Positions 24,575 through 37,299 of a DNA stretch of 64,000 bases are shown in pieces. This stretch comes from Chiloscyllium plagiosum (taxonomy: Eukaryota), in assembly GCF_004010195.1 (NCBI RefSeq), contig NC_057719.1, forward strand, positions 11,160,507-11,224,506. Direction: 5' to 3'. Each line of letters opens with the position of its first letter. Within the stretch, counting starts at the first letter, position 1. The position numbers and the translations under genes are program-made. The notes below the pieces were generated by a model. It was not told the origin of the DNA, made no database searches, and saw only the letters and a list, made by a program, of their open reading frames with translations.

Positions 24575-25692
24575 GAATACAGGTAGAACTAGCCATTTGG
24601 ATACAGAACTGGCTCAAAGGTAGAAGACAGAGGGTGGTGGTGGGGGGTTGTTTTTCAGACTAGAGGCCTGTAACCAGTGGAGTGCCACAAGGATCGGGAC
24701 TGGGCCCTCTACTTTTTGTCATTTACATAAATGATTTGGATGCGAGCATAAGAGGTACAGTTAGTAAGTTTGCAGATGACACCAAAATTGGAGGTGTAGT
24801 GGACAGCGAAGAAGGTTACCTCAGATTACGACAGGATCTGGACCAGATGGGCCAATGGGCTGAGAAGTGGCAGATGGAGTTTAATTCAGATAAATGCAAG
24901 GTGCTGCATTTTGGGAAAGCAAATCTTAGCAGGACTTATACACTTAATGGTAAAGTCCTAGGGAGTGTTGCTGAACAAAGAGACCTTGGAGTGCAGGTTA
25001 ATAGCTCCTTGAAAGTGGAGTCGCAGGTAGATAGGTTAGTGAAGAAGACGTTTGGTATGCTTTCCTTTATTGGTCAGAGTATTGAGTACAGGAGTTGGGA
25101 GGTCATGTTGCGGCTGTACAGGACATTGGTTAGGCCACTGTTGGAATATTGCGTGCAGTTCTGGTCTCCTTCCTATCGGAAAGATGTTGTGAAACTTGAA
25201 AGGGTTCAGAAAAGATTTACAAGGATGTTGCCAGGGTTGGAGGATCTGAGCTATAGGGAGAGGCTGAACAGGCTGGGGCTGTTTTCCCTGGAGCGTCGGA
25301 GGCTGCAGGGTGACCTTATAGACGTTTACAAAATTATGAGGGGCATGGATAGGATAAATAGAAAAAGTCTTTTCCGTGGGGTCGGGGAATCCAGAACTAG
25401 AGAGCATAGGTTTAGAGTGAGAGGGGAAAGATATAAAAGAGACCTAAGGGGCAACTTTTTCACGCAGAGGGTGGTACATGTATGGAATGAGCTGCCAGAG
25501 GATGTGGTGGAGGTTGGTACAATTGCAACATTGAAGAGGCATTTGGATAGGTGGGTATATGAATAGGAAGGGTTTGGAGGGATATGGTCCGGGTGCTGGC
25601 AGGTGGGACTAGATTGGGTTGGGATATCTGGTCGGCATGGACAGGTTGGACTGAAGGGTCTGTTTCCATGCTGTACATCTCTATGACTCTAG
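24575..25692 (+). mobile_element. CR1/HER1-type LINE, 5'-truncated, with open RT C-terminal frame (ORF 24682-25566, 294 aa)
   Basis: PQGSGLGPLLFVIYINDLD...SKFADDTKIGG RT motifs, WQMEFN, YRTLVRPLLEYCVQFWSP; tail CTCTATGACTCTA. Confidence 0.97.
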
Positions 25693-26290
25693 AACATGAA
25701 GCAGGACGTGTCACGGGTAACTGAGTTTTAGATATCCTCAACTTTACGTAGATTATGTGAGGCGAATCAATAGGACTGCGTTGGGATAGTCTTCTAAGGA
25801 TAACAAAAGCATGCATGATGGTTTCAGCTGTCAAAGCACTGAGACAAAGGTAGAGATAGACAATGTTGCATAAACAGAAATAGTAGTCTTGTTAATAGCA
25901 CACATGGACGTTTATCCCAGGGTCAAATATTATGCCAAACTGTAAACAATCTGGTTCAATCTTACACAGTTGTTGGGGCGAGGGAGAAGAGTTGGTAATC
26001 AGATAATGGAGTTGGGAGTGGTGACCAAATACAGTGGTTTCAGCCTTCCTGATATTTAATGACAAATTGTCTCTTGCATCATTCTATGAAATAATGTAGG
26101 GGCAGAGTTCCAGCAGTCCACTCTGTCCTGATATTTCCCCCAGCGTGAATTTATGTGTGGGGGGGCGGGGGGGGTGGGTGGGTGCATGAGGAAGTGGAGC
26201 TTGCTACCATCAGAATATTGAGGCAAACAGCAAATGTGCATTTAAGGGAAACAAACATGAGGGACAAACAAACAGAAGGATATGTAGAAA

Positions 26291-26612
26291 AGATGGCTCA
26301 GTGGTTAGCACCGCTGCCTCACGGCGCCCGGGATCCGGATTCGATTCCACCCTCAGGCGACCATCTGTACGGAGTTTGCACGTTCTCCCATGTCTGTGCG
26401 TGTTTTCACCGGGCACTCCAATTCCCTCCCACAGTTCAAAGATGTGCAGGTTAGGTGAATTGGCCATGCTAAAGTGCCCATCATGTTCAGAGATGTGCAG
26501 GCCATGGGAAATGTGGGGTTACAGGTTTGGGTAGGATGGTGGGATGTTCTTCAGAGAGTCGGTGAGGACTTGAGGGGCCAAATGGCCTGTTTCCACACTG
26601 TACCGATTCTAT
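26291..26612 (+). mobile_element. HE1-like SINE, diverged
   Basis: TGGCTCAGTGGTTAGCAC head, GATTCGATTCC B box, tail GGCCTGTTTCCACACTGTA. Confidence 0.88.
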
Positions 26613-29329
26613 AAAAAATTAGTCAAAAAGAATTGGGAGGAGATGTACATGGAGCAAAAGCAATAGCATGGCTCACTTGGGCTGAAAGACCAATATCTGT
26701 GCTGTAGATTCCATGTGCTGTAGATTCTATGTACGTAATGAGAAATATCTGTGGGTCAATATCTATCTCATAGACACAGAGCCCAGTGATTCCTCAACAT
26801 AAAGTGCATATTCAGCACTTGCCACTCTATCAGTGACAGAGACTGAACCATCAAGCCTTTTCTATTCCTCACTGATAAACAGTGACTGGCCGTTGACCAC
26901 GTTGAGAATTTTCCCGTTTCCTCGCTGTGGTAAGTTGGATCAGAAGATGCACACCATTGAGGGGAAATGTGCAGTTGATAAAGTTAACAACAAGCAAGAA
27001 TCAATGTTCAAAGACATTTCACCGCTGCCTAGAGAAAGTCTCATCTTTGCACCCAGAACTCTGTTGGAAAATGCAGGGAGCTGCTCTTGACACCAAAGAC
27101 CTCACTGGACTTTCCACATGATTCTCCTAGATTTCTCACCACAGACCACATCATTCTGGATCTGGACACATTCTGTCCCATGTCTTCCCCCTTCTTAACA
27201 CATACAATGTAGAAATACAAACCAAACTTAAGGTATGATGCTCTCTACTTTAGATTTCTAAACAATACCATATCATAACATTAGTTTATATATAACATGA
27301 AGTGCATATCTTGTGCTGTTTTGTATTTGTTAATGCTTGTGCTGTTATTTCTGTTGTTCTGTATGCTGGTAAGAAATAGTTCCTGCATCAAAGGCACCCA
27401 AGTATACCACACCCAGTTCGCATATCCTTCAATTCCTTTCTGCCTGATGTGTTTCTCTAGCTTCCTCTTAAGTCTATCACTGTTATTCCCTTTAAATTTG
27501 TCTGTTATTCACCTCAACTACTCCATGCATAAACCTGTTCTACCCATCAGGTGGTAACAGTGCAAAGACGTTTCTGCAGAAATATTGATTGGGGTTGTTA
27601 AAGACTGCCTGATATTTATGGTCCCTAACGTTGGATTCTTTGAATGTTTTCACCTTCTAATGTTGCCTTCTTCACCATAATGAGCAATTTGCCAGTAACT
27701 CATCTTGCCATCCCTTGATAAACCACCTTCTTTCAAGTCACTTCTTCTCAAACTTCCTTGACCTATTCACATCAATTAGATTGCAGCCTGCAGCCCATGG
27801 GTCTCAGTCAGTCATTGGAAAGAAGTCAAGGACAATAGACAGTAGAATTCCCTGGTGCCAGCCCCATTGAGGCTGGCAGATTTGCTCCCAGTTTTACCAC
27901 TGGTGAACCATATGGAGAAGTGACCAAATGGATTCCATCCTTGTTGAATGGCCATTTGCTTAGAAGCAATGTTGGGCACCAAGGAGCACAACAGGCTGAA
28001 CTGTGTCAGACAAATCCCAGGCAAACCAGAGTAGTTAACAACATTTCAACCTGATGTCCTTATCATAGGCGTGAGAGCAATGAGACACACAACAGAAATT
28101 GTCATTTGCACCACAGTGCTTCTGTTATTAAATATTTTGTGCAGCTGTTGAATCAGGTTCTGCAAACAGTTCATTGCTGTGTGATTTACAGGGCTTCTGA
28201 ATCCATTTATACAGGGCTTTCACTCTTCACCAAGAAGCCAAGCACTTAATACAGCACCACAAGTCGGCTTGTAAATGCAGGGTTACACTAAAGGGCACTT
28301 CCGGATGTTTGACAATGTGCAAGGAGCCAACGTGTAAAAGGAAGCGGATTCTATACAGGGGACAGAATGGAAAAGTTAAATCACAACTCGTACTATAACG
28401 CACTGCTGCAAAGATTCAGGTTCCAGCAACCTTCTTTCCCTTGAGATGCAAGCATTGCCATCAACACCATCAGCATTTAATGCATTTCCCCGGTTGAGAA
28501 GTCACCTTCTTGAACTGCTGCAGTCCATGTGGTGAAGGTATTCTTACAGCATGGTTAGGTAAGAAATTCCAGAATTTAGACCCAACAATAAGAAAAGAAC
28601 AGTGCCATATTTCCATGTGATATCTCTTGCCACTTCTGAGATATGAAGGGTAACTTGGAGTTAGTGATAATCCCACATGTCAAAACATAAAATCAACTTT
28701 AACTATAATGCAGGGACCAAACTTCAGAGCTTGGGAGTCATATTTTTCAGAAATGGATTAATATAAAAGCAGCTCATCAGAGAAACAAAACAAATTTAGC
28801 CCCATCCAGGAAAGGGATCAATAATATCCACAGTAAACCCAGGTTTGCTAAAGCTGAAGCAAAGCATGTTGCCAAACCTCTGTATCTTCCACTCATTAGG
28901 ACAAAGGCAAAAATGCCAGATTTCAAAACAAAACCATAGCAGTTTGTACTGAAGGAGAGAAGGGTACTGATTGATTGGCAGGCTGTTTGACTGAGCAAGG
29001 AATTGCCCCAGAGAGAGCAATAGGAAATGTGAACTAACCCACAAGTAAGTCTTTCAAGATTACTAACAGACTGGTCAATTTTATCTGTTCAATTTATTAA
29101 TATGGAAATTTGCCGGCAGCCAAAAAATTGATATCTTGGATTGTAGCTTCTAGACACGCAGTATAGACTGTATGGAACCAATTCACCATACATCAGCATG
29201 CTGATAAAGCTAGAGGAGACTTTAGATATTCACTGCTGCTTTTTCAAGGGCAGTATCTTGTCCTCAAACACACAAGATATGATTTTTGGGAACAGGCTTT
29301 TTTCCACATCATATGCATGTATGAAATAA

Positions 29330-29860
29330 AGGAACACTGTGTACAATGTAGGTCACTATATCTAAGGAAAGGTGTAAATGCTTTGAAGACAGTTCAAAGA
29401 AGATGTGCCAGTCTAATACCTGGAGTGAGAGGGCCGTTTTGTGCAGAAAGGTTGGACAGACTACACTGGAAACGTAAGAGGTGACTTGATTGATCCATAC
29501 GTAATCCTGAGTGGTGTTGACAGGAAAGATTATGGAGAAGATGTTTCCACCTGTATGAGAATGTAGAACAAGGGTTCACTGTTTAAAAATCAGTGAACCC
29601 TATTTAAAACAGAAATGAGGAGATTTTGTTTCTCTCAGACAGCTTCCAGTCTCTGGAATTTCTTCCTAAACAAGTGGTGGAAGCAGAGTCCTCGAATACT
29701 TTTAAGACAGAGTGATAGATAAATTCTTGTAAAGCAAGGCAGTGGAAGGCTTTCAGGAGCAGGCCGGAATGTAGATCTGTAAATCAAATCAGCCATGATT
29801 TAGTTAATGGCAGAACAGGTTTGAGGGGCAGAATGGACTATTCCTGCTCCTAATTTGTAA
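29330..29860 (+). mobile_element. Old CR1 LINE 3' fragment
   Basis: CTAAGGAAAGGTGTAAATGCTTTGAAGACAGTTCAAAGAAGA (LRKxVNALxxVQRR) and CR1-type tail GAATGGACTATTCCTGCTCCT. Confidence 0.75.
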
Positions 29861-29929
29861 GCATATTCATAGTTGATCATAACAATATCGTTTTACCACT
29901 GATGTTTGTTTTCATTGAACTCATGTGAT

Positions 29930-30800
29930 TAGCAACTTGCATGTTTCAACAACACCTTATTTGCCTAAATTGATGGTATTGCCACAGGATTCCCCCTGGG
30001 CCCAGTTCTCATTAATATGTTTGTTGGTTACCATCTTCAACAAAGTAATCAAACTTCCGATACACAGCTGACACATTTGCAAAATGTGAACCCAATTATT
30101 TGAGGAATTCAAGAATTTCTTTAAACAACTTAATGAACTCCAACAAAAGCTGTGTGTCTGTGTGTGTGTGTGTATATATAGAGTACAAGGAAACGGACCT
30201 GAAAGAGAATGAGACAGAAAATAGATAGATAAACAGGCAGTGCTGATGACAAATGCTGCATTGCAGAATGAAACATTAAAAACAGGAGGTTTTTCATTTA
30301 TCTGTCGATCCCTTTCTTTCTCATCTCTCTGGGCACCATATCAATTCTTTATCAGCTTTTGTCAGATTTGGCAAAGGGTCATTGATACTCGAAGCATTCA
30401 CTCTGTTTCTCGCTACAGATGCTGCTGGACCCTACTGAGTTCCTCCAGCATTTTTGGCTGTTTTCCAGCATCTGCCATCCTTTATATTGTATTACTGAAC
30501 GCCAATCTACATTCCAAGTTATCATTGAAAGGGAGCAATCAAATGAGCTCCATTACCTCAATGTGTTAACTGAGAAATCTGCCAACGAGGGCCCAACTGC
30601 TATCTCCTGAAAGTTTACAATCTCTGGACAATATAGGTGTTGGGATTTTTACAGTTCCACACACAGCCTCATTGAATAATGCCTTAGCCAACTATTGACC
30701 TTTTAAGATTGATGCTGTGATTGTTATTAAAGATATCCTGCATGAAAATGAAATCACAGCTCCAAGTTGGAAATGCATCCGCATAAGGTCTTCCATTTGA
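29930..30800 (+). mobile_element. Ancient Penelope-like RT fragment, interrupted by a microsatellite and a PLE-terminus insert
   Basis: IDGIATGFPLGPVLINMFVG (PLE 'DGVAMGSPLGP.LAN.F') and EREQSNELHYLNVLTEK (PLE 'E.E....LPFLDVL'). Confidence 0.7.
30360..30482 (+). mobile_element. Older PLE-terminus element with degenerate hammerhead-like head
   Basis: AAAGGGTCATTGATACTCGAAGCATT...CAGATGCTGCTGGACCCTACTGAGTTCCTCCAGCA...CCAGCATCTGC parallels the younger family. Confidence 0.55.
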
Positions 30801-30949
30801 AAGAACTTCAATGACAGCTCTTTACAAAAACTGTTTTTTGAGAAAAGCTGCACTCTTTGCTTTCTAGTTGTTCCATGATCAGTTGGGCTTACTGTGTTGC
30901 AGAACTCTAATAGCCTGCAATAATCAGTCCATGTGCAGTACAATAGAGG

Positions 30950-31232
30950 GAGAGATTGCAAATCTTCCACCTCTGAATTATCCGCAATGATATCAGGATC
31001 ACAGGCTCTGACCTGAGAACAGTTTGATGGAATCACTGCAGAGGGCATGTTGCACTGTTAGACATGCCATCTTTTGAATGAGTCATTAAATCAAAGCCCC
31101 ATCTGGTCTCGCATATCTTTCCAACAGGTCCCATGGCACTATTTTGAAAAAGGAGCACGACAATTCTCGAGGGTGTATTGTCCAATAATTAACCCTCCAT
31201 CAACATGACAAAAACAGATTACCTGTTCGCTC
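30950..31232 (+). mobile_element. Deu-domain-like SINE; 3' part resumes at ~31915-32020
   Basis: TGCCATCTTTTGAATGAG...CCCATGGCACTATTTTGAA...CCCTCCATCAACATGACAAAAACAGATTACCTG; similar to 35330-35745 and 60770-60955. Confidence 0.65.
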
Positions 31233-31611
31233 TTTGTTTTGAATTGAATGATTTATTGTCACTTGCATTTTAGAGGGAATAACATAGTAAAATGCTTCAA
31301 CTGTCGCCACAATCTGGCACCATTTTGAATAGTTTAAGAATTAAAATGAATAAGAAGCTATAACTGAAAGACAGTCTATCTTCATTTCACCGCCTCCCTG
31401 AGCCTGCTCACCACGACACCTGAGCTGTTAACCCTCCTTCACCACCTCACCAATGGCTATGTCAGACCCACCAGTGTAGAGGTCACCACTCTTTCAGCGC
31501 CATCTCTCTGCTACTGCCCTCACCTCACCAATGATGCCAGGTCCCATGCTGAACCAACATTCATCCCCACAACCAGGACACCACAGCTTGGCTGCCACCT
31601 CCGCCATGCCG

Positions 31612-31778
31612 ATAACCAGGGGTCCCTGGCTCCGGGCCTACCACAACCAAGAGCTGACACCGCCGTCTCACCAATAACCAGGGGTCCCTGGCTCCGGGCC
31701 TACCACAATCAGGAGCTGACACCACCACCTCACCAATAACCAGGTGTTCCCCGCTCTCGGCCTATTGCAACCAGGAAT
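31612..31778. repeat. 62-bp GC-rich tandem repeat, about 2.7 copies
   Basis: ATAACCAGG recurs at 31612, 31674 and 31736. Confidence 0.9.
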
Positions 31779-32867
31779 ACCTACCTCCACTGCCTGGCTA
31801 AGCCACTGTCACAGCTCGCTAAGAATCATGCTCCTTGCCAGTGCCACGATTTTGAAAAGTCCATTACCACCTCCGATCACTAGAGAAGCGTTGCTGCCCC
31901 TGTCACCAGCCCCGAACATTAATTGGTCGTCATGTTTCCTATAGTGACTAAACTTCTAAAGGTAAAGCTGAAACTCAACTTAGGACATCCTGAGGTTGTG
32001 AAAGGTGTGAAATAAATACAATTCGTTCAACTTTCACATGCAAGGACGACACCGTATATCAGACAAAATACTTAGGGAACAGTATTCCCAATCATGATAT
32101 CTCTGTTTTCATTTAAATTCTCAAACATTATCCCTGTCGTAAAGTTTTGAGGTACTCTCTATCATTTGCCAGAGAGCAGTAGCAAAGAATGACAAGGCCA
32201 AGTCATCAAATTCATTGAAGAATGCTGGCATTCCCAAAGGGAACCAGTTAATTCCGCCATCGAGAAATCAATAAAAGCATCGTTCCTAATGGCACTATTC
32301 AATCGCCAATTTTTATTCCTTTTCCATTGAGCAATATTTTTCTGCACTCACTGTTGTCGACACTTGATATGTTGTCTTCATGCATATAATCTGCAACTGC
32401 ATGACACCCATCACAGTGCAGAGTATTCTCTCTGTCCTATTGGTTCTCAATGGTTTGAAACATATAGCTCAATGTATTATCAGCTCCTGTCACTGAGTTT
32501 TCTGACTTTCATTCAGAGTAGTAAATTAACGCCCACTCCATCAGAACAGAAGACATCATTCAGGTTTTCTCCTCGGAATTGCACTTCATAGTCATCACAT
32601 GGATTTGTGCTAATCTGCGTAGCATTCCACTTATCCCAGCTATTTCCCTGCGTGACAACATTTGAAAAGTGCTTCAATGGCTGTAAGTGCTTTGGGATAT
32701 TCTGAGGATATGACCGACATTCTCCAAGTACAAATTTTTTTCTCATAACTTAGGTTAACAGTAATTTGCAACAGGAGACGAGGAATTCGCTGATAGTTAG
32801 AAGGATTGCTCCACAGTGCACCAAGTGTTTGCACATAGGTGGGGCATCAACACACTCCATGGAGCAA

Positions 32868-33016
32868 TTTACTGCAGATGCCGGAATCTGTACTGAAAAC
32901 AAAAAATGCTGGAGATCACAGTGAGTCAGGCAGCAACCATGGAGAGGGAGCAAGCTAATGTCTCAAGATGACTCTAAGTCATCTAGACCCGAAATGTTAG
33001 CTTGCTTTCTCTCCAA
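32868..33016. mobile_element. PLE-terminus-derived palindromic element, distinct subfamily
   Basis: CTGCAGATGCCGGAATCTG...GAGTCAGGCAGCA head; inverted GGAGAG..GCAAGCTAA / TTAGCTTGC..CTCTCC with CCCGAAATGTTA. Confidence 0.65.
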
Positions 33017-35329
33017 TGATAAACCCTTGCTGGCTGATGGGTGCCCTTGTGCCCAAATTGGCATATTTGTGCCAATGGCACCCTGGACCTATGTAAATGA
33101 GACATAAGTGGTACAGCCAAGTCCCTGCATCATCACAAGGTAATTTGGCACTAACTGGTTTGCCAACCCTCGCAAACATTTGAAAACTGCCTCATGTAAT
33201 TATGCAGGGAGGACTCTGAGCCTTTCAAAATGCCTCTGACCATATTCTGGCAATGACCAGAGGTGGATGGATTGAGGGCAGTGTTGATATTGCAGCCACG
33301 TGTGTCAGCCATGGAGCTCACCTTCTCAGAGCCAGTTGGTGTCTGCTCTCCTGAGAGGTCAGGGAAACTGAGCACTCTATCAGGTGGCATGAGTACTGCC
33401 CTCTGCAACCTTGGGCCCCATCCACATCCCTCCCCTGCACATCCACTATGGACGTTGGTGGCCTTGATCTGCTCGTGACCACCCAGTCCACCCAGTCTGA
33501 TCTTGTCGGTGTAAGAGCATCCCATGTTTCAAAAAGGCTGCATCCGTGCATGGACTTCCTGCCAAAAAACAGGCCAGAGAGAACTGAGACACCAGCTGTC
33601 ATAAGTGAAGTTCTTTTCTACAGCTTGGCCAATCGGCAGTTTAAATACACGCGTAGTTCCCTGGCTCCTCAAGCTCTGGGAAACCTGTGATGGGGCACTG
33701 AATTTCAAACCAAGTAAAATTATAACCTTCCCGAACATCTTCCAAGATTGTTAATTGCAGCAATAAGTTCCTGCCGGCTTGTATTAATTAAAGGCTCAGT
33801 TTCAATGAAGTTACTTGTTGGCAGCCCAAATGCTCCAGAAGTGAAGCCAGCTTGTAGCCAGTCAAAATCAATTATTATAACTACTTGCCCTCCACACAAC
33901 ATATTCAAATCAAGGGTTAATATTCTCTCTCCACTGCTACATAGCCACTAACTTTCCCTCAAAGTCACAGAAATTCAAGAATCAATGCTTACTGGTACAC
34001 TCACTAACTGTACTTTATATTAAGTGGCTATTTGTTTAAATTAGTATAACGCATGCTGCTTAAGTCCTATACAGTGGATAGGAAAGCAAGCAGCTCCCAT
34101 AAAGCATCACCAGCAACCACCACTTCTCCGCTCTCCCCTGCAGAAAGGTTTCTCTCAATTGTGTTTGCTTCTCATTTCTCACTGTCCTATCCTGAGCGAA
34201 AGAGACATTCCCAACATTCACACAGCCCCACCAGGCATTCCAATCACTTTTGAAGATAAGAACTGCTGACACCACCTGGCTGAGTGGCTGAACAAGCCTG
34301 TAGAAGAAGATTCCAGCAGACGTGAATCCCCAAACACAGCTCGCCGCCCACTCAAGTGTATCAAATAAGTACAAGCAATCTCAAACGTTACAATAGGTAC
34401 CGTCCTGTTTTCTAGCATTGCCTTGTACAACAGAATTAAGTCAAAGCTGATATGCATCAGAGAATTAAACAGAACAGGAGGCCATTCAACCCCACTGTGC
34501 CTATGCTATCCCTTTGAAGCAGTTATCCAACAGGTCCCATACCCCAACCTTTGATGCAAAGCCGTGCAAATTCTCCCACTTTTATCTAATTCCCCCTTGA
34601 GAGTTGCCACTGAATCTGCATCCTTTTCAGGTAAATTCATTCCAAATCATAACAACTCACTGTATTTTTTTAAATCTTTGCATTTCCCAACCACCCTCTA
34701 AGCCCCAAACTGTCTACTAGCCCCTTGACATTTTTGACCATTATTCTGAATCTGTCACCTTGGGTTACCAAACTTCCAAAGAGCTTCTCCTTATTTAAAA
34801 TCGCTCTTAACCTCAAAAACCTCTCAGTAATAACAGCTCCTTTCCCTTGAGAAGATCAATCACAGCTTCTTTCTGTGGAACTGAAATTCCTCAACCCTAG
34901 TACCATTCTAGAATTGCTCTGTCTTCTACAAGGCTTTTCAATCACGGTATCCTTTCAAAAAACACATAATTAATCCTGGACTCGCTGACTAGCCCAGCAT
35001 TTATCAACTATCTCTAATACTTCTTTAGTTGGGAAAATTGAGTCATTCCCTTGATCTGCCACCATCAGTGTGGTGCTGCCAGGGAGGGATTTTGATCCAA
35101 TGACAATAAAGGAATAGCTTCAAGTCCTTAAAAAAAATTTGCAAATTTATGCTTAGTAGATCAGATCACTTCTGCATTTTATTTTTTTTCTGGAGAAAGA
35201 AGCAGCCTGCAGAACCTTTTCTGATGGCTACATCCTCCCTGTACTTCTACCTTTTCAAGGAACAGCCTGCAAACCACTATACATTCTGCCTCTTCTCAAG
35301 AACTTTTGAGGTCCCATTCCACACAAAAC

Positions 35330-35745
35330 TCAGATTAACGTTTCAATGCAAGACTGAGGGAGGACTGCATTGTTGTAGCTGTCAACTTTTGGATGAGATG
35401 CTAAATCAAGGTCACCTCTGAAAGATCTTCAAGGCATCATTCTGAACAAGAACAGTGTCGCTCCCACTGTGCCAGGTTCGGTCAATATTTACCTCTGAAT
35501 CAACATCCACTGACAGCAGTTCAGAAAGAACATGAATTCTGTTTCTCACTACAAATGTGCCTGACCCAATGAGTATTTCCAAGCTTTTCTCATTTAATGT
35601 TGCTAATGAACATCGCAGCGCAGACATCCTGTTCTTGTTTTTAAGACTTAGCTGTGTACAATTACAATAGGGACAACACGTCAGAAGTGCTTCATTGGCT
35701 TTTTGGGACACGTTGAAGACATGAAATGTACTACTGCACGTATTA
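35330..35745 (+). mobile_element. Deu-domain-like SINE
   Basis: ACTGAGGGAGGACTGCATTG...TTTTGGATGAGATGCTAAATCAAGG...GGCATCATTCTGAACAAGAACAG...CTTCATTGGCT. Confidence 0.6.
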
Positions 35746-35775
35746 GAGTGAATGTTTCAAATTTGATATGGCTCT

Positions 35776-36640
35776 TAGAGTCACAGAGTCATAGAATCAT
35801 AAGCACGGAAACATTCTCTTCAACTCAACCAGTTCATGCTGAACATAATCCCAAACTAAATTAGTCCCACCTGCCTGCTCCTGGCCCATATCCCTCCAAA
35901 CCTTTCCTATCCATGTAGTTATCCAAATACCTTTTAAATGTTGTAATTGTACCCATACCATCACTTCCTCAGCAAGTTCATTCCTCACACACAAACTACC
36001 TTCTATCTTCATGTCTTTTTTAAATCTCTCTCATCTCATCTTAAAAATGCTCCCTCTCATCTTGAAATTCCCCATGCTAGGGAAAAGACAACTACCATTA
36101 ATCCTTTCTATATCCCTCATTATTTTATAAACTTCCATAAGGTCACCTCTCAATCTCCTACGCGCCAATGAAAAAAGTCCCAGCCTATCCAGCTTTTCTT
36201 TATAACTCAACCCTTCCATACCCGGCAACATCCTGGTAAATGTCTTCTGACCTCTCTCCAGATTAATAATATTCTTCCTATAGCAGGGCGATCAGAAATG
36301 GTCACTACTCCAGAAAAGGCCTCATCAATATCTTGTACAACCTCAACATGACTTCCCAACTCCTATACTCAAAAGAATGAGCAATGCAGGCAAGCATGCT
36401 AAAAATCTTTTGACCACCCTATATGTGATGCAAACTTCAAAGAATTATGTACCGAAAACCCTTAGATCCCTCTGTTCTCCAACACTACCCAGGGTCGAAA
36501 AGTGTGGCACTGGAAAAGCACAGCAGGTCAGGCAGCATTCGAGGAGCAAGAGAATCGATGTTTAGCACCGCATTTTCTGACTCCAACTCTCCAGCATCTG
36601 CAGTTTTCACTTTCTTCTAAAAGCCCTAGCATTATAAGTC
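35776..36640 (-). mobile_element. CR1 LINE 3' fragment with a PLE-terminus insert at ~36493-36616
   Basis: MLPGMEGLSYKEKLDRLGLFSLARRRLRGDLMEVYKIMR; tail (CTATGA/CTGTGA)n. Confidence 0.9.
36493..36616. mobile_element. Rearranged PLE-terminus short element
   Basis: GGAAAAGCACAGCAGGTCAGGCAGCATTCGAGGAGCAAGAGAATCGATGTTT joined to inverted CTCCAGCATCTGCAGTTTTCACTTTC. Confidence 0.75.
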
Positions 36641-36689
36641 CTACGCTCTAAGTCTACCACTATAAGTCCTACGCTTTTTTCCAGAACGT

Positions 36690-37080
36690 TTCCAGTTGTA
36701 CCTACATGGACAAATAACAACTGGATCATTCCCTTCCCACTCCAAGTTCCGCTACAACCCTGATCAGCTATCCTGAACCCAAGCATCAGGCAGGCAACAC
36801 AGCCTTCGGGACTCTCGATCTTGGCCACAGAGAACAACCTCTATTGCTCTGACTATACTGTCCCCAATTACAAATACATTTCTCTTTTCTCCCCTCTCTT
36901 GAATGGCTCCATGTTATCATGACTGTATGGTCAGTTAGCTCATCCTCCCTGCAGCCCTGACTCTCATCCACACAAGGAGCAAGAATCTCAAATCTGTTAG
37001 ACAAGCACATGGCTGAGGATCCTACGGCACTACCTCATGGATTCCTCTACCTGCCTCGCTTGTGGTCACACCCTCCTGTC
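36690..37080 (-). mobile_element. CR1 ORF1 (SGNH esterase-like) fragment
   Basis: LSNRFEIL motif, frameshifted GDSIVR-like region, CLPDAxVQD and LFVHVGT motifs typical of CR1 ORF1 esterase. Confidence 0.7.
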
Positions 37081-37299
37081 CATGATACTCCCTTCCCCTG
37101 AAACTGTTTTATTGGACAGATAAATTATTGAGCTCTCATTTGAAAACCTTTACCACATACTCAGGCATTACCTTGTATATCCTAACCATTCACTGTACAA
37201 GAAGGTTTTGCATCAAGTTGCTATTTATTTTTTAAGACAAGTATCTTAAAATCAATGTTGCATTTCATCAATGGGAACACATTATCCCAATTGTTAGTG

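Noticed and set aside
24682..25566. Host protein-coding gene (294 aa)
   Set aside because: It is the C-terminal part of CR1 ORF2 in a 5'-truncated copy lacking the endonuclease and the N-terminal RT.
34060..34374. ORF with FTSAGIFFYR, vaguely like the ADCK1 N-terminus
   Set aside because: It lies downstream of the identified exon, so the order is wrong, and the similarity does not extend.
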